Assembly (NCBI GenBank): GCA_964035545.1
Contig: OZ037765.1
Coordinates: 25,357,504-25,421,503 of the forward strand
Direction: 5' to 3'
Length of the DNA stretch: 64,000 nt
From: Bugula neritina
Lineage: Eukaryota > Animalia > Bryozoa
How positions within the stretch are numbered: the first letter of the stretch is position 1; each line of letters opens with the position of its first letter. Made by a program: the position numbers and the translations under genes. Below, in pieces: positions 51,201-64,000 of this stretch. Under the pieces are notes generated by a model. It had not been told where the DNA came from. It saw only the letters and a program-made list of their open reading frames with translations, and searched no databases.

Positions 51201-54200
51201 TGTGTTGTAGTGTACTGTGTTTGGTTACCTATATAAGCAGTGCTCTAAGGTTTAATTTCAAGTGAGAAGTTTTAATTTTCAAGTTGGCTCACAGTGTTGT
51301 CAGTTGGATTTAATGGCTCATCAAAATTCATTTATTTATGATTACTTGATCAGCTCAGAAGTTTTAAACTAAAGTACAGCCTTTCATGTTTTTATCACCT
51401 GAGGTACAGTATTCCATATTCTTATAGCCTGAGGTACAGTATTCTATATTCTTATAGCCTGAGGTACAGTATTCTATATTCTTATAGCCTGAGGTACAGT
51501 ATTCTATATTCTTATCGCCTGAGGTACAGTATTCTATATTCTTATAGCCTCAGGTACAGCCTGAGAGAGAAACACTCGAGACACCTGGCCGACATGAAAG
51601 CGTACTACGAGCAAGAGCTGAGTCACCTCAAGGACACGCTGGCCTCCTCTTTAGACATCACTAAGCACGAGGCTTACCTCGGCCTACAAACTCGCAATGA
51701 CAAGCTGAGGGAGAGGTGCAAAGTACTGGAGGAGGAGCTTATCAGAGCCAACAGGTATTTCAATACTTCTCAGTGGTGTTAGAATGTGATGCAGTAGCCA
51801 ACAGTGACCAGCAGTGACTACTAGTTACTAGCAGTAACTACTAGTGACTACCAGTAACTACTAGTGACTACCAGTAACTACTATTGACTACTGGTGGCTT
51901 CAGGCTTTTGTGTGTTTTACTGAAATCTCATTGTTGTGATACACTTCTATAAATAACCACTGTTTTTGTCTTTTATCACAGCACCACTTTGCAGTGTATG
52001 CCAGATGTTCCAAAGTTGAATTAATTGTTGTTTGTCTTTTAGATACATTAATTCTGTGGACAAGCAAATGGAAGAACTGGAATCATCATTTAGTGCTGTA
52101 AGTGTTGCACCTGATAGTTTACTAGTTCTCTGTAAAAATAATTTATTTACGTTTATTAAGTTATGTTGTTCACAAGCGTTTATCATGACTATTTAAAAAA
52201 TGCATTTGAAAGAAACAGCACTAATATCTGATTAGTAATAAACTTGATGCATTAATTAATAAAAAATAATATTCATGTTTAATTTTTTTCTCTAATTGTT
52301 TTTCACAAGTGTAATTTAATGTAATGCCTAAAACAGGATGAAAATTAAAGAATCTTTTGAGGTTTATTTTGGTGGACCTACTATAACACTCTTTCACTGT
52401 GTAGTTGGTGTTGAAGCCAACACTAACATATTAACTTGATTGTTTTGCTGCATTAAACTAGAGTAGTGAATAATGTAGTTTTGACTACAAATCAACAAGT
52501 GGTGGTTTAAAGCTAATTGAATGCAAGCTAAGTGGAATGGCTGATATCTTAGGGATACTTGCTTAATACAATATTCATTCAAACTCACATATTCATATCA
52601 TTTGAAATAACACAAAACAAATTGTATACGTATTGATAAGCTATTAAAGATAATGCAGCTGCAGTTACATTATGCTGACTATATAGCCTCTGCTGCTGCT
52701 GCTGCTTTTGCTACTCGTGAATAGGTAGACGCGGGTGAATAAAGTCAAATACGAGTCATTTATTCATACTGGCTTATACAAAACTTATTTAATGTTTTCT
52801 TTGCCTGCTAAATCTTGCTATGAAATAGTCTGATATGCAACAAGGGTTGATTTAGAAAAACGTTATGTTTTGCTAAAACCTGCTAATTTTGATTAAAAAT
52901 TTGTTCAATGAAATTAATATTGTGATTTGTTTTCACTGTCACTTTTCAGTCCCTGGTTACAAATAAAGCTAAATTTCAACCGGACTCCTTGGAGGGAGAC
53001 GATTCCAAGTCTTGTCAAGATGAACAGTTGTATAATAAACTCACCCAGGCAGAGGCTCGTATTCAAAGTTTGGAAGCCAAAAATCAAGATTTACTAACTG
53101 CACTTTGCGACGCTTATGAGGTGTGTTTATATATATATCCAGCTCTCTCTAACAATTCCTACTAAATAAGTTATGAATTCATAGAAGTTGTCTGCTCTTA
53201 GCTTTTGTTGAGTTGATGAGCCAGTATTGTGTAATTTTTTTCAAGTTAAGGTCACATTATTTATAATTTTGGAGCAGTTGGAAAATATTTAGTGAGGTGC
53301 TGGAGCAGTATAGTGCAATGAGATGTGTGATATAGTGGTAGCCCACATATATTTCATTTCATCTGTGTTTGTTACAATAAAACCTTGTCATCTCCATTGA
53401 GGCTTGTTTATGATTTTTTAATTATATGCATGTCTTTTGCAAACAGAAAAACCGAGGTAGGTGTAGTAAAGCAGAAATTGAGAAAAGCCTGTGTTCTAGA
53501 TTAGAATGTAGCAAAAGAATTTCAACCAGTGCTCCAAACCAAAATTTATAAAGAAATTTAAAGAACAAAGGCTATCTCAATTTTTCCACTACTGTGCCTA
53601 ATTAATGGAAAAACCTGAAGGAGCTTCCAAATTAAAGTATTCACATAATACAGTCCTTGAGTATCTAAAATATTACTTGAGAATCTTAAAATGCAGTTGA
53701 GTCGAGTTAATACCTTTCCAGTCTGAGAATGTGGTTATATTCTCTCAACTATCTCTTCTGTAGGTGAAGGACACTACATCACGCACAGCTTCACACACCC
53801 ACTCACTTTATAATGAGGTATGATATTTAGTCATTTTATTTGTATGCATATTATTATAATAGTTTTGAATAGCATTTATCAACATTGTAAGTGACTAAGC
53901 AGATTGACCAGCTTATCATTGGCCACCAAATATTAGCTGCAGTTTAGTTTTCTACTAGTTGGGTACCCTACTAGTACTAGTAGATAGCAGAATGTTATTT
54001 TAGATGAGTGTCAGAGGAAAATTAGTTATTGTGGACTGTTAATCTATTAATTATTAGGCACATATTGTATGTCTTCTTTATCTAATAAAAATGAAAGTAA
54101 ATATGTATCAACTAATGGCTAAATTACTTTTACTTCATGGTTAAGCAGCTTAAGAATTTTTTTGAAAATTAAAATTAATAGAAATCATTACTTTAGAGTT

Positions 54201-57139
54201 ATCTTTTTAGTATCCTTGACATTTTTTTCATCCTTCTTACCAAGCTTTACAAAAAAAAACTTTTGCTAAACTGATACTCATAGAGTGGCTTAGTTCAGCT
54301 ACTTTGTAACAGGTTTCTGATATGTTTTATTCCAACGTGTAATTTGCTACCAGCTTTTTTGGGTCCACAGTAAGGGTCATTTGCTACCAGCTGAGGCTAT
54401 GTGGACAAAAGTTTTCAAAATTAATCGACTATAAGTTTTATTTTATTCTCAGCCTTTGCTAAATATTTTTTGTGAAATTTTAGTTTGGGAATCTCTTCTC
54501 ATAGGTTTGCTAAATGGTGTCAAAGTCTTTTTGTTTTGTTGTGTTGTTTGCAATGACTGTTGGCTCAAACAAATTTACTTGACTCCGGTGAGCTGGTGTT
54601 ATGTGGCTGGGGCTATGCTGAAACTTCATTTTATTTTATCTTGTTCAGGTGAAGCAGAAGTACGAAGATTTGAAGTTGAGTCATGACCTTACGCAGGTAC
54701 TGTTGACAGGTTCTCGGCCATTAATGTTTTGACGAGCATGCTTAGTAGGGAATATAGAGGTGCCGTGATGTTGGCTTATACTTGGGGACCTTAATAGCTT
54801 ATTCATAAAAATTTGTTAGAGTTCAATATGTAGTAATGTGTTCAAAATGTAGCAACTTAATGGCAAGAATCTAACTGTTGACAAAATTATGTTTGACATA
54901 AATTTTATAAGTTTTAGCAGTAGGCTATAAAAATTTTTATTTATAAATCTGTTTTTCTGTAGCTTACAAGGCATGCCCTGTGTGTATTTTATTCAGTGAG
55001 GAGATACGTTGTTTCTATTGTCAGGCAAAGCTGGAAAGTGCCGAATGTAGACTAAAGGAGGCTCACAAGGAGTTGTCTGTCCTTGAGACAGCTATTAGCA
55101 GACTTCGAACTGAGCACCAAAAACTTGCAAAAGAAAACGAGGTGCTCAGGCTAAGCAGTGCAGCGTCACTAAGAAATGGGTATGTATGGTGTTCGTGTCA
55201 TGTTTTATGTTATATGATGTTGTGTTTTCAGCATGCAACTGTATGTTTTATGTTGATGAATTTCAGGTCATATTCAAAGCTGCAATCTAGCACAGAAGAG
55301 CACGAAGCATCTCCATTGCTAAAAGCAGAAAAGCGACTAGAAGCTACTGTTAGCTCCCCAAATAAGCATCGAGGTAGACATCATCACTGTCGCTCTGACA
55401 AAGCCAGACACCACTCTAGACACCGCCAGTCCACATCTCTACAAGCTCCCTCGTCTGATAACTCTTCAGGGGCGTGCAACCCTGATCTCAGCAACCAGCT
55501 CTCTCCTCAGCCTCTTTCTGATGCTACACAGTCTTCCGACAACAGTTCACGTGACTATAGCAAAGCGCGCCATCGCTCTAGTCACAGGAAATCGTCTCAC
55601 GGCATTTCTACGGAACAGAGAGAAGCTGCAGACCACCAGAACTTCTACCAGGATGACCTGATCAGCGCTTACAGTCCACTGGTGGACAGACAGAGACACA
55701 GTAGCAGTGCCAGCAGTGGTGGTCCGGCTGTCAGGTCTGCTACTTCTCCTAGTCGACAATCAGTAGAGAGGCCGTACGGATTCCACCACGTAGGAGCAAG
55801 CATATCGCCATCCAAACGTACTCAGCAGTGGGCCATCCGCTCTCCATTCAAAAGATCTTCTGGTATAAAAGAAACCCTCCATCACAATGTTTCTCCATCT
55901 GCAGCTAAGAAAAACTTGAGTTTTACTTTAAACAGATCCTTGTCAACTTCACCTCAAAAACCCAAGATGTGAGTGCTGGTAGTTCATTTCAAACAGTATT
56001 AATCTAATGTATTTCATCTAATAATAATATAAAATGTGATAAATGATAAAAATTAATAATGCTGATAGTTTTAAGTTTTGGTTATCATTAGTAGACTTAT
56101 GTTACATGTTGCAGGGATAAAGAAGAAATATTGGAGAAGGTTCGCTCCGGCAAAGTGTATTCTGAGGAGTTTGAGAAATCTCCGACAGTCGTTTCACGAC
56201 AGAAACCTTCTGCAGCACATAACGACCGCCAAAAACTGATTAAAGATGCAGAAACAAGGCTTGATGAGTTGCTCGCTGAAAAGCGTCAGGTATTGGATGT
56301 TTTCTAGATTTGTGTTTTCAAGTTTTAAAAGTGTTTGAATTTAATCTGCTGTTTTTCTTGAAATCTAATAGAGACATAAAAAATGTTTACTCTTATTGCA
56401 TGCTTTCTGCTCTTCCTCTGCAGACTTATGTGGAATATTTGCTCTCACTACATATGTATTGTATGCGCCCTTACCAATAAATATATGTATTTGTACTTAT
56501 TTTATGATTTAGCTGGAATCTTCTCTAACCCGAATGTCAACTTCTCACAATAGAAAAGACAAGCAGAAAGAGGTAGCCTTCCTATACTAACCTATTATGT
56601 GTGTGTTCCTGCAACTGTTCCGTTATTTCTAGTGATTATTCAATATTACTGACGATAAATTGCTTTTTAAAAAGTTTTTTTTTGCCTTCACATTGCAAGA
56701 ATTATCAGCAGTCAATACTGTGTATTATAGAATTAGGTTTATCATGGAGTATTATATCTAAAGATGTGTTTCCGAGAATAAGCAATAAGTTGACATTAGT
56801 TCAACTAATTCAGTAGCTTCACTGAAATTTAATATATAAATCAATTGCTAAATACCATAGCTAAAGCAATTTATTATTCCTGTTGGCTGTATGCGAGAAA
56901 ATATTCCAAGGAAAGTGTGTAGGGTGATCATTTTAAAAACGAAAACACACCTTTAAATATTAATTTATAGATTATTTGCATTGCAACTGTGAAATAGTGC
57001 CATTATTCACAAGCTATTTATCCTTCCAAGTATTTCACAGTGTGATGTGTTTCAGGAGAATATTGAACAACAACTTGACAAAGTTGATAAAGATTTGGGA
57101 TCAGTTCGAATGACCCTAAGAAGATACAATGCACTGTAG
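45207..57139 (+). CDS. MPHOSPH9: M-phase phosphoprotein 9-like centriolar coiled-coil protein (~966 aa, ~13 coding exons)
   Basis: Exons 45207-45398, 47969-48805, 50616-50782, 51554(or 51560)-51754, 52043-52097, 52950-53120, 53764-53817, 54649-54696, 55025-55179, 55267-55968, 56115-56289, 56513-56572, 57056-57139; phases consistent. LREKHSRHLADMKAYYEQELSHLK and the C-terminal LDKVDKDLGSVRMTLRRYNAL match recalled conserved MPHOSPH9 blocks. N-terminal exons are less certain; probable 5' UTR exons end at 40888 and span 44801-44914. Confidence 0.8.
45408..45580. repeat. Minisatellite, 17-bp unit GTGTTATATCTACCT(GA/AG)
   Basis: Tandem array starting about 10 bp after the donor at 45398. Confidence 0.97.
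48818..49010. repeat. Minisatellite, 10-bp unit ACTATG(C/A)TAT
   Basis: Tandem array starting about 13 bp after the donor at 48805. Confidence 0.97.
50305..50530. repeat. Degenerate 5-bp (TATAC/TGTAC) satellite
   Basis: Direct. It explains the Tyr-rich spurious ORFs at 50252-50539. Confidence 0.95.
50812..51220. repeat. Minisatellite, 32-bp unit GTGTTGTAGTGTTAACACTGCTGTAGTGTACT (~12 copies)
   Basis: Period 32 (TTGTAGTGTTAACAC at 50821, 50853, ...). Most units carry the palindrome AGTGTTAACACT. Starts about 30 bp after the donor at 50782. Confidence 0.97.
51391..51559. repeat. Minisatellite, 30-bp unit CTTATAGCCTGAGGTACAGTATTCTATATT overlapping a splice acceptor
   Basis: Five full units plus a partial unit that runs into the MPHOSPH9 exon. 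Confidence 0.97.
51803..51892. repeat. 11-bp minisatellite AGT(G/A)ACTAC(T/C)A-type
   Basis: Tandem array about 50 bp after the donor at 51754. Confidence 0.9.
53458..53600. mobile_element. MITE family A, copy 2
   Basis: Aligns by eye to 28983-29143 with an internal deletion; TIRs TAGGTGTAGTAAAGCAGAAATTGAGA / TCTCAATTTTTCCACTACTGTGCCTA. Confidence 0.85.
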
Positions 57140-59821
57140 ATTAAAGCTATGTTCTAATGACATCACAGGCATACTTGGTAGTTGTAGAATACCAGCAACC
57201 CATTTATATCAAAATCCTCTTTTACTGTTCTTTAGTGTAGATATAATGTGGAAATCTAGACAATTTTTTGTACATAATTGCAAGTGTTATGAGATTTTTC
57301 GTTACATATTCACAGATTTTATATTTTCTTACATAAGCACTGAACTTGTTGGTTTTTGTATTGTTAGTTGTTTTCTTTATAGTGTTTAGACTGCACAACT
57401 AGTGTACATTTATTTCTGTAAAAACTTTACTATTGCCTATGTTATCATTTGATCTTGATTTCTTATAGAATGGAATTATCATGTTATTAGGGTTTGTATA
57501 GGGCTTAACAATAGGTTTTAACAATATTTGTGGCCAACATCTTTAAATATTAAGATCTAGATTTATGGCTTACTATTTAAAAGCAATGAGTATGAATTAT
57601 GTGCTAGTTAATTAGTCTTTGCCATTTGTAATCATTTATCTATTTAGTAGCTAAATGCTGTACTTTTATATATGTAAAATATGAAGTTGCATCACCATGT
57701 TTTCCTGTGATTTAGTATTCAAAATAAAATGAGTAAAATATACCTACCAAACATTATTTGCCTATGTTGTTTTTTGAGGTATTTGTATTTCCAGTAACAT
57801 GTTATAGTGTTACTGATGTTTCATTAGCTAATAGTTATTAATGTTAATTGGTTAGAGTTTTAATGTGAGAGACCTTGGAATTTCAGAATTTCCTATGAAG
57901 CTATAAGTTAGATATGATCTTGTAGAAAACACGGGACAATAAATAATAGTGCGTCAAGTTGCTTATTGTTTCTTCAGGTAATTGTAACCAATAATCTAAT
58001 TGCAACAGATTTGAAATCAGTTTGAGTAAGTTTATAGTCTGATTCTTTGGATATATTCCTGGTTTTTCTATCTTCTTTAGTTCTGCTACTACAATGCTTC
58101 GTGAAATGGTTACTGTTTTTAGTTTATGATACGTTTTAAATTTGTTTTTCTTTGATAAAGTTGTACTGGAAGCACGCTGCAGCACATCACATAATGAAAA
58201 TGATTATTCTACCAATAGAATGTTGGAGTTATTATCCCATGTAAGAGCTGGTGTCGTTAACAAACGGCTTAGTACAGTTTCTATAGTAACATCTAGCTTA
58301 TGTTCTAGGCTTGAGCTGCTGGTGATCTTACGGGTTTGAAAGCAGCTGAAGGGGCATAGTATTTAATACAAATCAGTACACGCCCCTACTCCCAGTTTAG
58401 ATGTTCCAGTCGATGAAAATTGGAAAAAAGCCAACAATAACAAGTGATCAATTTGATGATACAACGGTAAGGAAATCGGTATTACTATAGGCTGAATGAA
58501 GATACCACGTGCTTCGAAAACTTCAACGCTTAGCAATACTTGATATTTTGTTTTACTCCATCTTCACCACTCAAATCACTATTTTTAAAATAGTCACACC
58601 TGACTTTTTATAAATTGCATAACCAAACAAATAGTGGGATATCCAGACAGGTAATAACATTTCAATTCTACCCTAGATGTTTACTATATTATAATTATCA
58701 TTATGTTAACATAGGCATAAAGAGTATAATATTATAGTGTTAATGATTATCTCTGCAGTTTAAGACTAAAATTCAACAGAAATTGTATGCACCGAAGTTA
58801 AACTTCACACCGATGTTTATTTATTACATTTTTATATGGATAAGATAATATACTATACTAATACTATACAGTTTCGATAAACACTTACTTGTAGCAATGC
58901 CATAATTTACTACATAATTATAACTTAATGCTGATGTGCCTATATCTGTCAATTAACTATAATTTAACTTTTTGGGGATAATAAAATTCTTTTACTACTA
59001 CTATTTGACATAAACATGAACTGTTACTGTAACTGTAAGATAACTATAGTAGTTTTAAGTTGTTTTTTCTAATAGTATTTTGTGACTTTCTAAAAATGCT
59101 ATTAAATTTCACTTGATTCATGAAATGTTATATAATTCTTCATTTTTTTTATAAAATGATGTCAATACTTTTTAACTGCATTTATATGAAATATTAATTA
59201 AATTTTTCTGCACACACATACCATTGCGATATATTATTAAATTGCCCCACTATTGATGTAATAGCTGCTTACAATATTCTGTACTATACTGTGTATAACA
59301 GAAGCTAGTAGACGTTCATCAAACTGACCAACTTGTCTAGTTACAGTAAGACTGTATGTATGTTGATATTGATGCAATAGTCATTGTGATCATCAGCTGA
59401 ACAGCTTCAACTGCAACATTACATGATTTTGTGAGCCTGGGGTTTTTCATGAATATCGCTGGAAGCAGGACTATGTTGGGGGTTACAGAGTACAGTATTT
59501 GTATCCTCACCAGTGTCCAAACTCTAAACCCCCAACCAATGCACTCATTAACCCCAACTTGGTGCTGCTTCAAGCATATTTGTTTTTCATGCCTATCGAA
59601 GTAATGTGCATTATAATATTCGATGCTACAGCTATGTTGCTATTCTCGTCCTAGAGGTGATGGTGCCCCAATATAAGTTATACATATTATAACTAACCGA
59701 GCTGTTAATTCTTCGGTATAGTAAGTGTCATATTCTATAACTATATCATGGTGTTAGTAGACATTAGAGCAATTTACATCTTGTAGTATATTGGACACGC
59801 CCATTCACCATACAAGATATA

Positions 59822-62800
59822 ATGGGAGAGGAAGTGGGGCCAGTATATGGCAAGACAGCGGAACCTTCCAGATCTGACACAATGGAATCTGGTGATCAGT
59901 CAGGGGTCCATATGAAAAAAGAGCTCGGATTGTTTGGAGCTGTTGCCATTATAGTTGGAACTATTATAGGCAGCGGAATATTTGTTTCGCCAGCAGGCGT
60001 GCTAAAAGACACCGGCTCAGTTAGTAAAATACCTTCTCATTTCGTAGAAATGCAAATAAGTGAATCCTCTCTCATAGTTCTACTATATTGTTGTGAGAAT
60101 GTAGCCTTGTTATGTGTAATTTGCTATTACATATAGTTGCAGAGATCTAGCTTTTGTCTGGCATTTGAGTTTGAAAGACGACTTCTTTACTTAACATAAA
60201 GACAACTTTCCATATTGCAACAATCTGCTGGAAATAATATCATTAAAGAAAAACTTTAATACTTGCATAATTTGCAATCTGATGCTTGCTTTGCCATTTT
60301 TCCTGGTGTAATTCTTATGCATACTTTTCTCTAACTTATACGTTTTTATAATTTTATACTTTATATTTTACAATTAATTTTTATCTAATACTACATTATA
60401 TAGAATATGTAATCTTATAGGTTGGTCTCTCACTGACGGTGTGGATTGGTTGTGGAGTCTTGTCTACTATAGGCGCTTTGTGCTACGCTGAGCTGGGTAC
60501 CACAATCACCAAGTCCGGAGCAGACTATGCGTACTTGTATGAGGCATTTGGCCCTTTGCCAGCTTTTCTCCAACTTTGGGTACATTGTACATACCATTTC
60601 ATTACTTGTTATATCAAACTAGGTTTTATTTAGGTATTCGATATACAAGATTGAAACTGCAGCAAAGCCAAGCTTTCGAAGCTTGGATTACCTCAATAAA
60701 AACTTAGAACACACAAAGCATTGACAACTAAATAAGCAGAAAATATTATTGTTTTGATAATACAAAGACCTCAGGTTCAATAGCTTTATCCAGCTAGAGT
60801 ATATAAAGCTAGCTCAGCTTAGGACGTTGCGGCTGTTCTTTAGTGATTTCTAAGGTCTGCTCTTTGCTAATGTTATCTCCTTAGCACATTTGACCTATGA
60901 TTCTAGTCAGCAGTTTAGCTAATCTTGCAATAAGTAAACGGATCTTCCAAGCTGCGGGCATCTGTTTTTAATTATCATAAGCAGTTTCTTCTATACTGAT
61001 AGCTTATCAGAACAACACAGGCTGTCTGTTACCATCTTTCACTCTAGCCGAATTACTATTTACTATTACTATTTACTGCTATCCTGATGTTCATTTTTAT
61101 AACTATACTTTACAAACGGGACAAATATTCGTTCACTAGCGTTTAAAATGAAGCATACTATTCATACATTCGTGAGTAAACAAGTCATTGAAAATGTGTT
61201 GAGTTGTGAAAAACTGAGTTTTGAATTCAATGTGTGTATTGCATCAGCAAGCCATATGTGTACTAGAGCAACGTAATGTGTTTGTTTTATACAATACTAC
61301 TAAACTACTGTCGTAGTGAGGGGCCTTTACAAAAGAAAATCAATACAACACGAATGTCTGTTTATGAGTATTATATGCTCCAACGTAGAGTCATTGGGTT
61401 CAATTAATGTAGAGAGCTTTCTTTTTTTCAATTTGCCGATAAAATCGCTGCACCTGACTAGATATTGCATTCTACCATTACTTGGGTGAAAAATTAACAT
61501 TAGTTTTTCTCAGTCTAGCTAATTGCCTGTTTATACTAGACAGAATTTTGCACTCTTTCAAAGCTTGGCTTGATTTATTGATTTGTCTGTAGCTGGTAGT
61601 ATCTTCTGAAATTTAGACTCCAAGAAACACACTTGCAATATTAATGATTAAAATAATGTCCTGTAGGCAACATCTTTTGTGTTGTTACACCAATATAAAA
61701 ATGATTAGGAGAGATTTAAACAAAAACAATCACAGATAAAATTCAACTTGTAAGTAGATTACTTGGACAAGGGCATGTTTTTTTGCAAACCTTATTTTAT
61801 AAATATTTGGTTAAATTGTTTATTATTTTTGCTTAATGTATTACGCGGTATTCATGAGCCCAATGTGCATGGCACGCTGCAATGAATACAGATAATAGTT
61901 GCTAAATGTCCTGATAAAGTATAACATATACATGGATATTATACTGCTATAATACTTTTACAGGTAAATTTAATTGTTATTAGACCTACATCACAGGCCA
62001 TTGTTGCACTCACTTTTGGTAATTACATAATCAAGCCGGCCTTTCCTGAATGCAGCCCTCCACCTGTAGCCGTCAGCCTTATGGCAGCAGTCTGTATTGG
62101 TAAGCAGTGCTACAAATACCACCCGTCTTTTCAAGGACTAAATAATAGTTTTAAAGCTAAAGTTAAAACCCTATTTTGTAATCCATTTATGATTTTAAAA
62201 AAAACTTGTAGTTAAAGTATTTTTGTCAGTGCGTCAGCGGTTTAATGCGAAGATGTAAAATGTGTCATAATTAAGGTCAGCCTGTGCTGCCGCCACTTTG
62301 TAGGTTGACATCTTTTGTAGTGACTCTCACCATAATCAATGCAATGAGTGTGAGAGTAGCAGCAAGGGTCCAGGCATTATTCACAGTAGCAAAACTAGCA
62401 GCTCTGGCTCTCATTATCATAGCTGGCATAGTTTTTATGGCCATGGGTGAGTATTTAAGACTCTGTGTAAGTTTATTATAAGGCAATAAGTATTTTTTCC
62501 TCAAAAATGCCAATATAAATTCCCATTTCATCAAGTTTTTTTTTCCTTAAAACAATGGTGAAAAAAATAGCATTTTGGGTGGCAAATTTTGTTGTTGTAA
62601 AATTTCAAGCTGTAAAATGCTAAGTCTTATGTTTTAAAAAAATAATGCATACAACATGTTGAATCAATTATTCTTGCACTCAGGGGGACTAAACCCTAGT
62701 CTCTTATATGTGTAATTAGTTAATTACTTGAAATTTCTAGTAGCTCTGCAACCATTCTCAGGTAATTGAAATCACTTTCATGCTATGAAAGTTACATAGT

Positions 62801-63918
62801 ACTTAATTACCTCTGGTCACCTACATAATTATATACATACACTGTGCTGCATATCCTACAGCAGATTTAATTCTTTATATGAGATCAAATTAAGTCAGCC
62901 TGCAGCTTATAAAGAAATGAGTTTATATAAAGTTAAAGAATAAATTACTATAGGCCTACTTTTCTAAAAAGCAGGAGTGCAATATTTAAACTTCAACATG
63001 GCAAATTTGTTTTTATCTCATAATGTGATAATAGAAAATAATTCCATATTTTTGGAAAATTAAATCACTTTACAAATTTGAATATTTGATTCTGAAGGAG
63101 CAATTTTACTATTATTTATAACTTCACAGGTGCCTAACTCTAACGGCGGCCAATTAAAAAAATATCAAACTGCACACTTTTTTTGTAAGTTCTGCTTATC
63201 CATAGCATGCATAGAATGTATTTCTTACATGCTGCATAAATAGTGAAATTTTGATAAGTTGTTATGCATGGCTGCACCAATAATGCTACTATCTTTTCAA
63301 ATAATAAAGTGTTTAGACTGGCAATTATCTGTTTAACTTCATTTCAATGGAACAGTTGGACAAGATGGAAGTAATTATAGAGTCATGCTAGATGTAAATT
63401 TATGCTAGAAAAATGTGTTCCGGTCTGCTTTCATTTCAAAAGTTTAGGATTCAAGAGTTTAGGTTTACAAGTTGGCATATACTACGCTGTCACTGCTTCA
63501 TTGTGCTATAATTGGCACTAATAATACATGCAGTAATGGAGAAAGTGAAAAAAGCCTGTGTTCTGGATCAAAAATGTATAGCAAATGTGTACCCCAAACC
63601 AAAATTAATCAAGAAAATTAAAGAACAAAAGCTATCTGTTTCTCTACTATTTCACCGAAATAAAAATAATTATCACAAAATATTTCACAGCAGTACTATT
63701 TGCAAGTTTTCAGCTACTGCTTTCAGGCATTAAAATACTACATTTTATATATTATATATTATTTATTAATAATTATATTCTTACTACAAAAGGTATAAGC
63801 TACATGCAAACATTATAGGCAAAGTAAACAACTTCAAGAAGCCCTTTGAAGGTTCTGTAACAGACGTTAAAGGAATATCCTTGGCTATATATTCTGCTCT
63901 CTTCTCCTATGCTGGGTG
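59822..63918 (+). CDS. L-type amino-acid transporter light chain (SLC7A5-SLC7A8 / LAT family), 5' part (continues beyond right edge)
   Basis: Exons 59822-60019 ([30 protein letters not shown]), 60421-60579 ([36 protein letters not shown]), 61964-62099 ([25 protein letters not shown], with the Cys that links to the SLC3 heavy chain), 62321-62446 and 63819-63918 ([13 protein letters not shown]). A probable 5' UTR exon ends at 58650. Confidence 0.95.
63528..63656. mobile_element. MITE family A, copy 3 (degenerate)
   Basis: TGCAGTAATGGAGAAAGTGAAAAAAGCCTGTGTTCTGGAT..CCCCAAACCAAAAT..AAAGAACAAAAGCTATCT matches copies 1 and 2. Confidence 0.75.
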
Positions 63919-64000
63919 GTAAGTTTATCTAGAAAAGAAAATAAATATTAAAGTGTCTAGCTAACTGTTTGAACAGAAGTGGTAGCTCGGTTATATTTGG

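Noticed and set aside
50812-51559. 32-bp and 30-bp repeat arrays as CRISPR arrays
   Set aside because: Units are contiguous with no unique spacers, lie in a spliceosomal intron, and there are no cas genes.

Overview
AT-rich, intron-rich eukaryotic (invertebrate animal) genomic DNA. There are no prokaryotic features: no operons, CRISPR arrays, rRNA or intact tRNA. Manual splicing with phase-consistent GT/GC-AG junctions gives seven protein-coding genes. (1) RABGGTA, 5' part, minus strand, truncated at the left edge. (2) A complete ZDHHC3/7-type palmitoyltransferase, minus strand. (3, 4) Two tandem 16-exon paralogues of a Knickkopf/Skeletor-type secreted protein: signal peptide, DM13, DM13, DOMON, cupredoxin-like domain, GPI signal. 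(5) MARCHF5. (6) An MPHOSPH9-like coiled-coil gene. (7) The 5' part of an SLC7A5/LAT-type amino-acid transporter, truncated at the right edge. Non-coding features include a tRNA-derived SINE, three copies of a short MITE, a MITE with a G-rich telomere-like core, a perfect 23-bp palindrome and many minisatellites. Most notable: both Knk-like paralogues keep candidate haem (Met/His) and type-1-copper-like (His..Cys-x2-His-x2-Leu) ligands, suggesting a GPI-anchored extracellular electron relay. A degenerate 6-bp periodic sequence marks the 5' ends of most genes. Unrelated minisatellites repeatedly abut splice sites, including a 30-bp in-frame repeat that multiplies a splice acceptor. Most ORFs in the supplied track are spurious or are exon fragments. 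All gene models were read by hand without RNA evidence.
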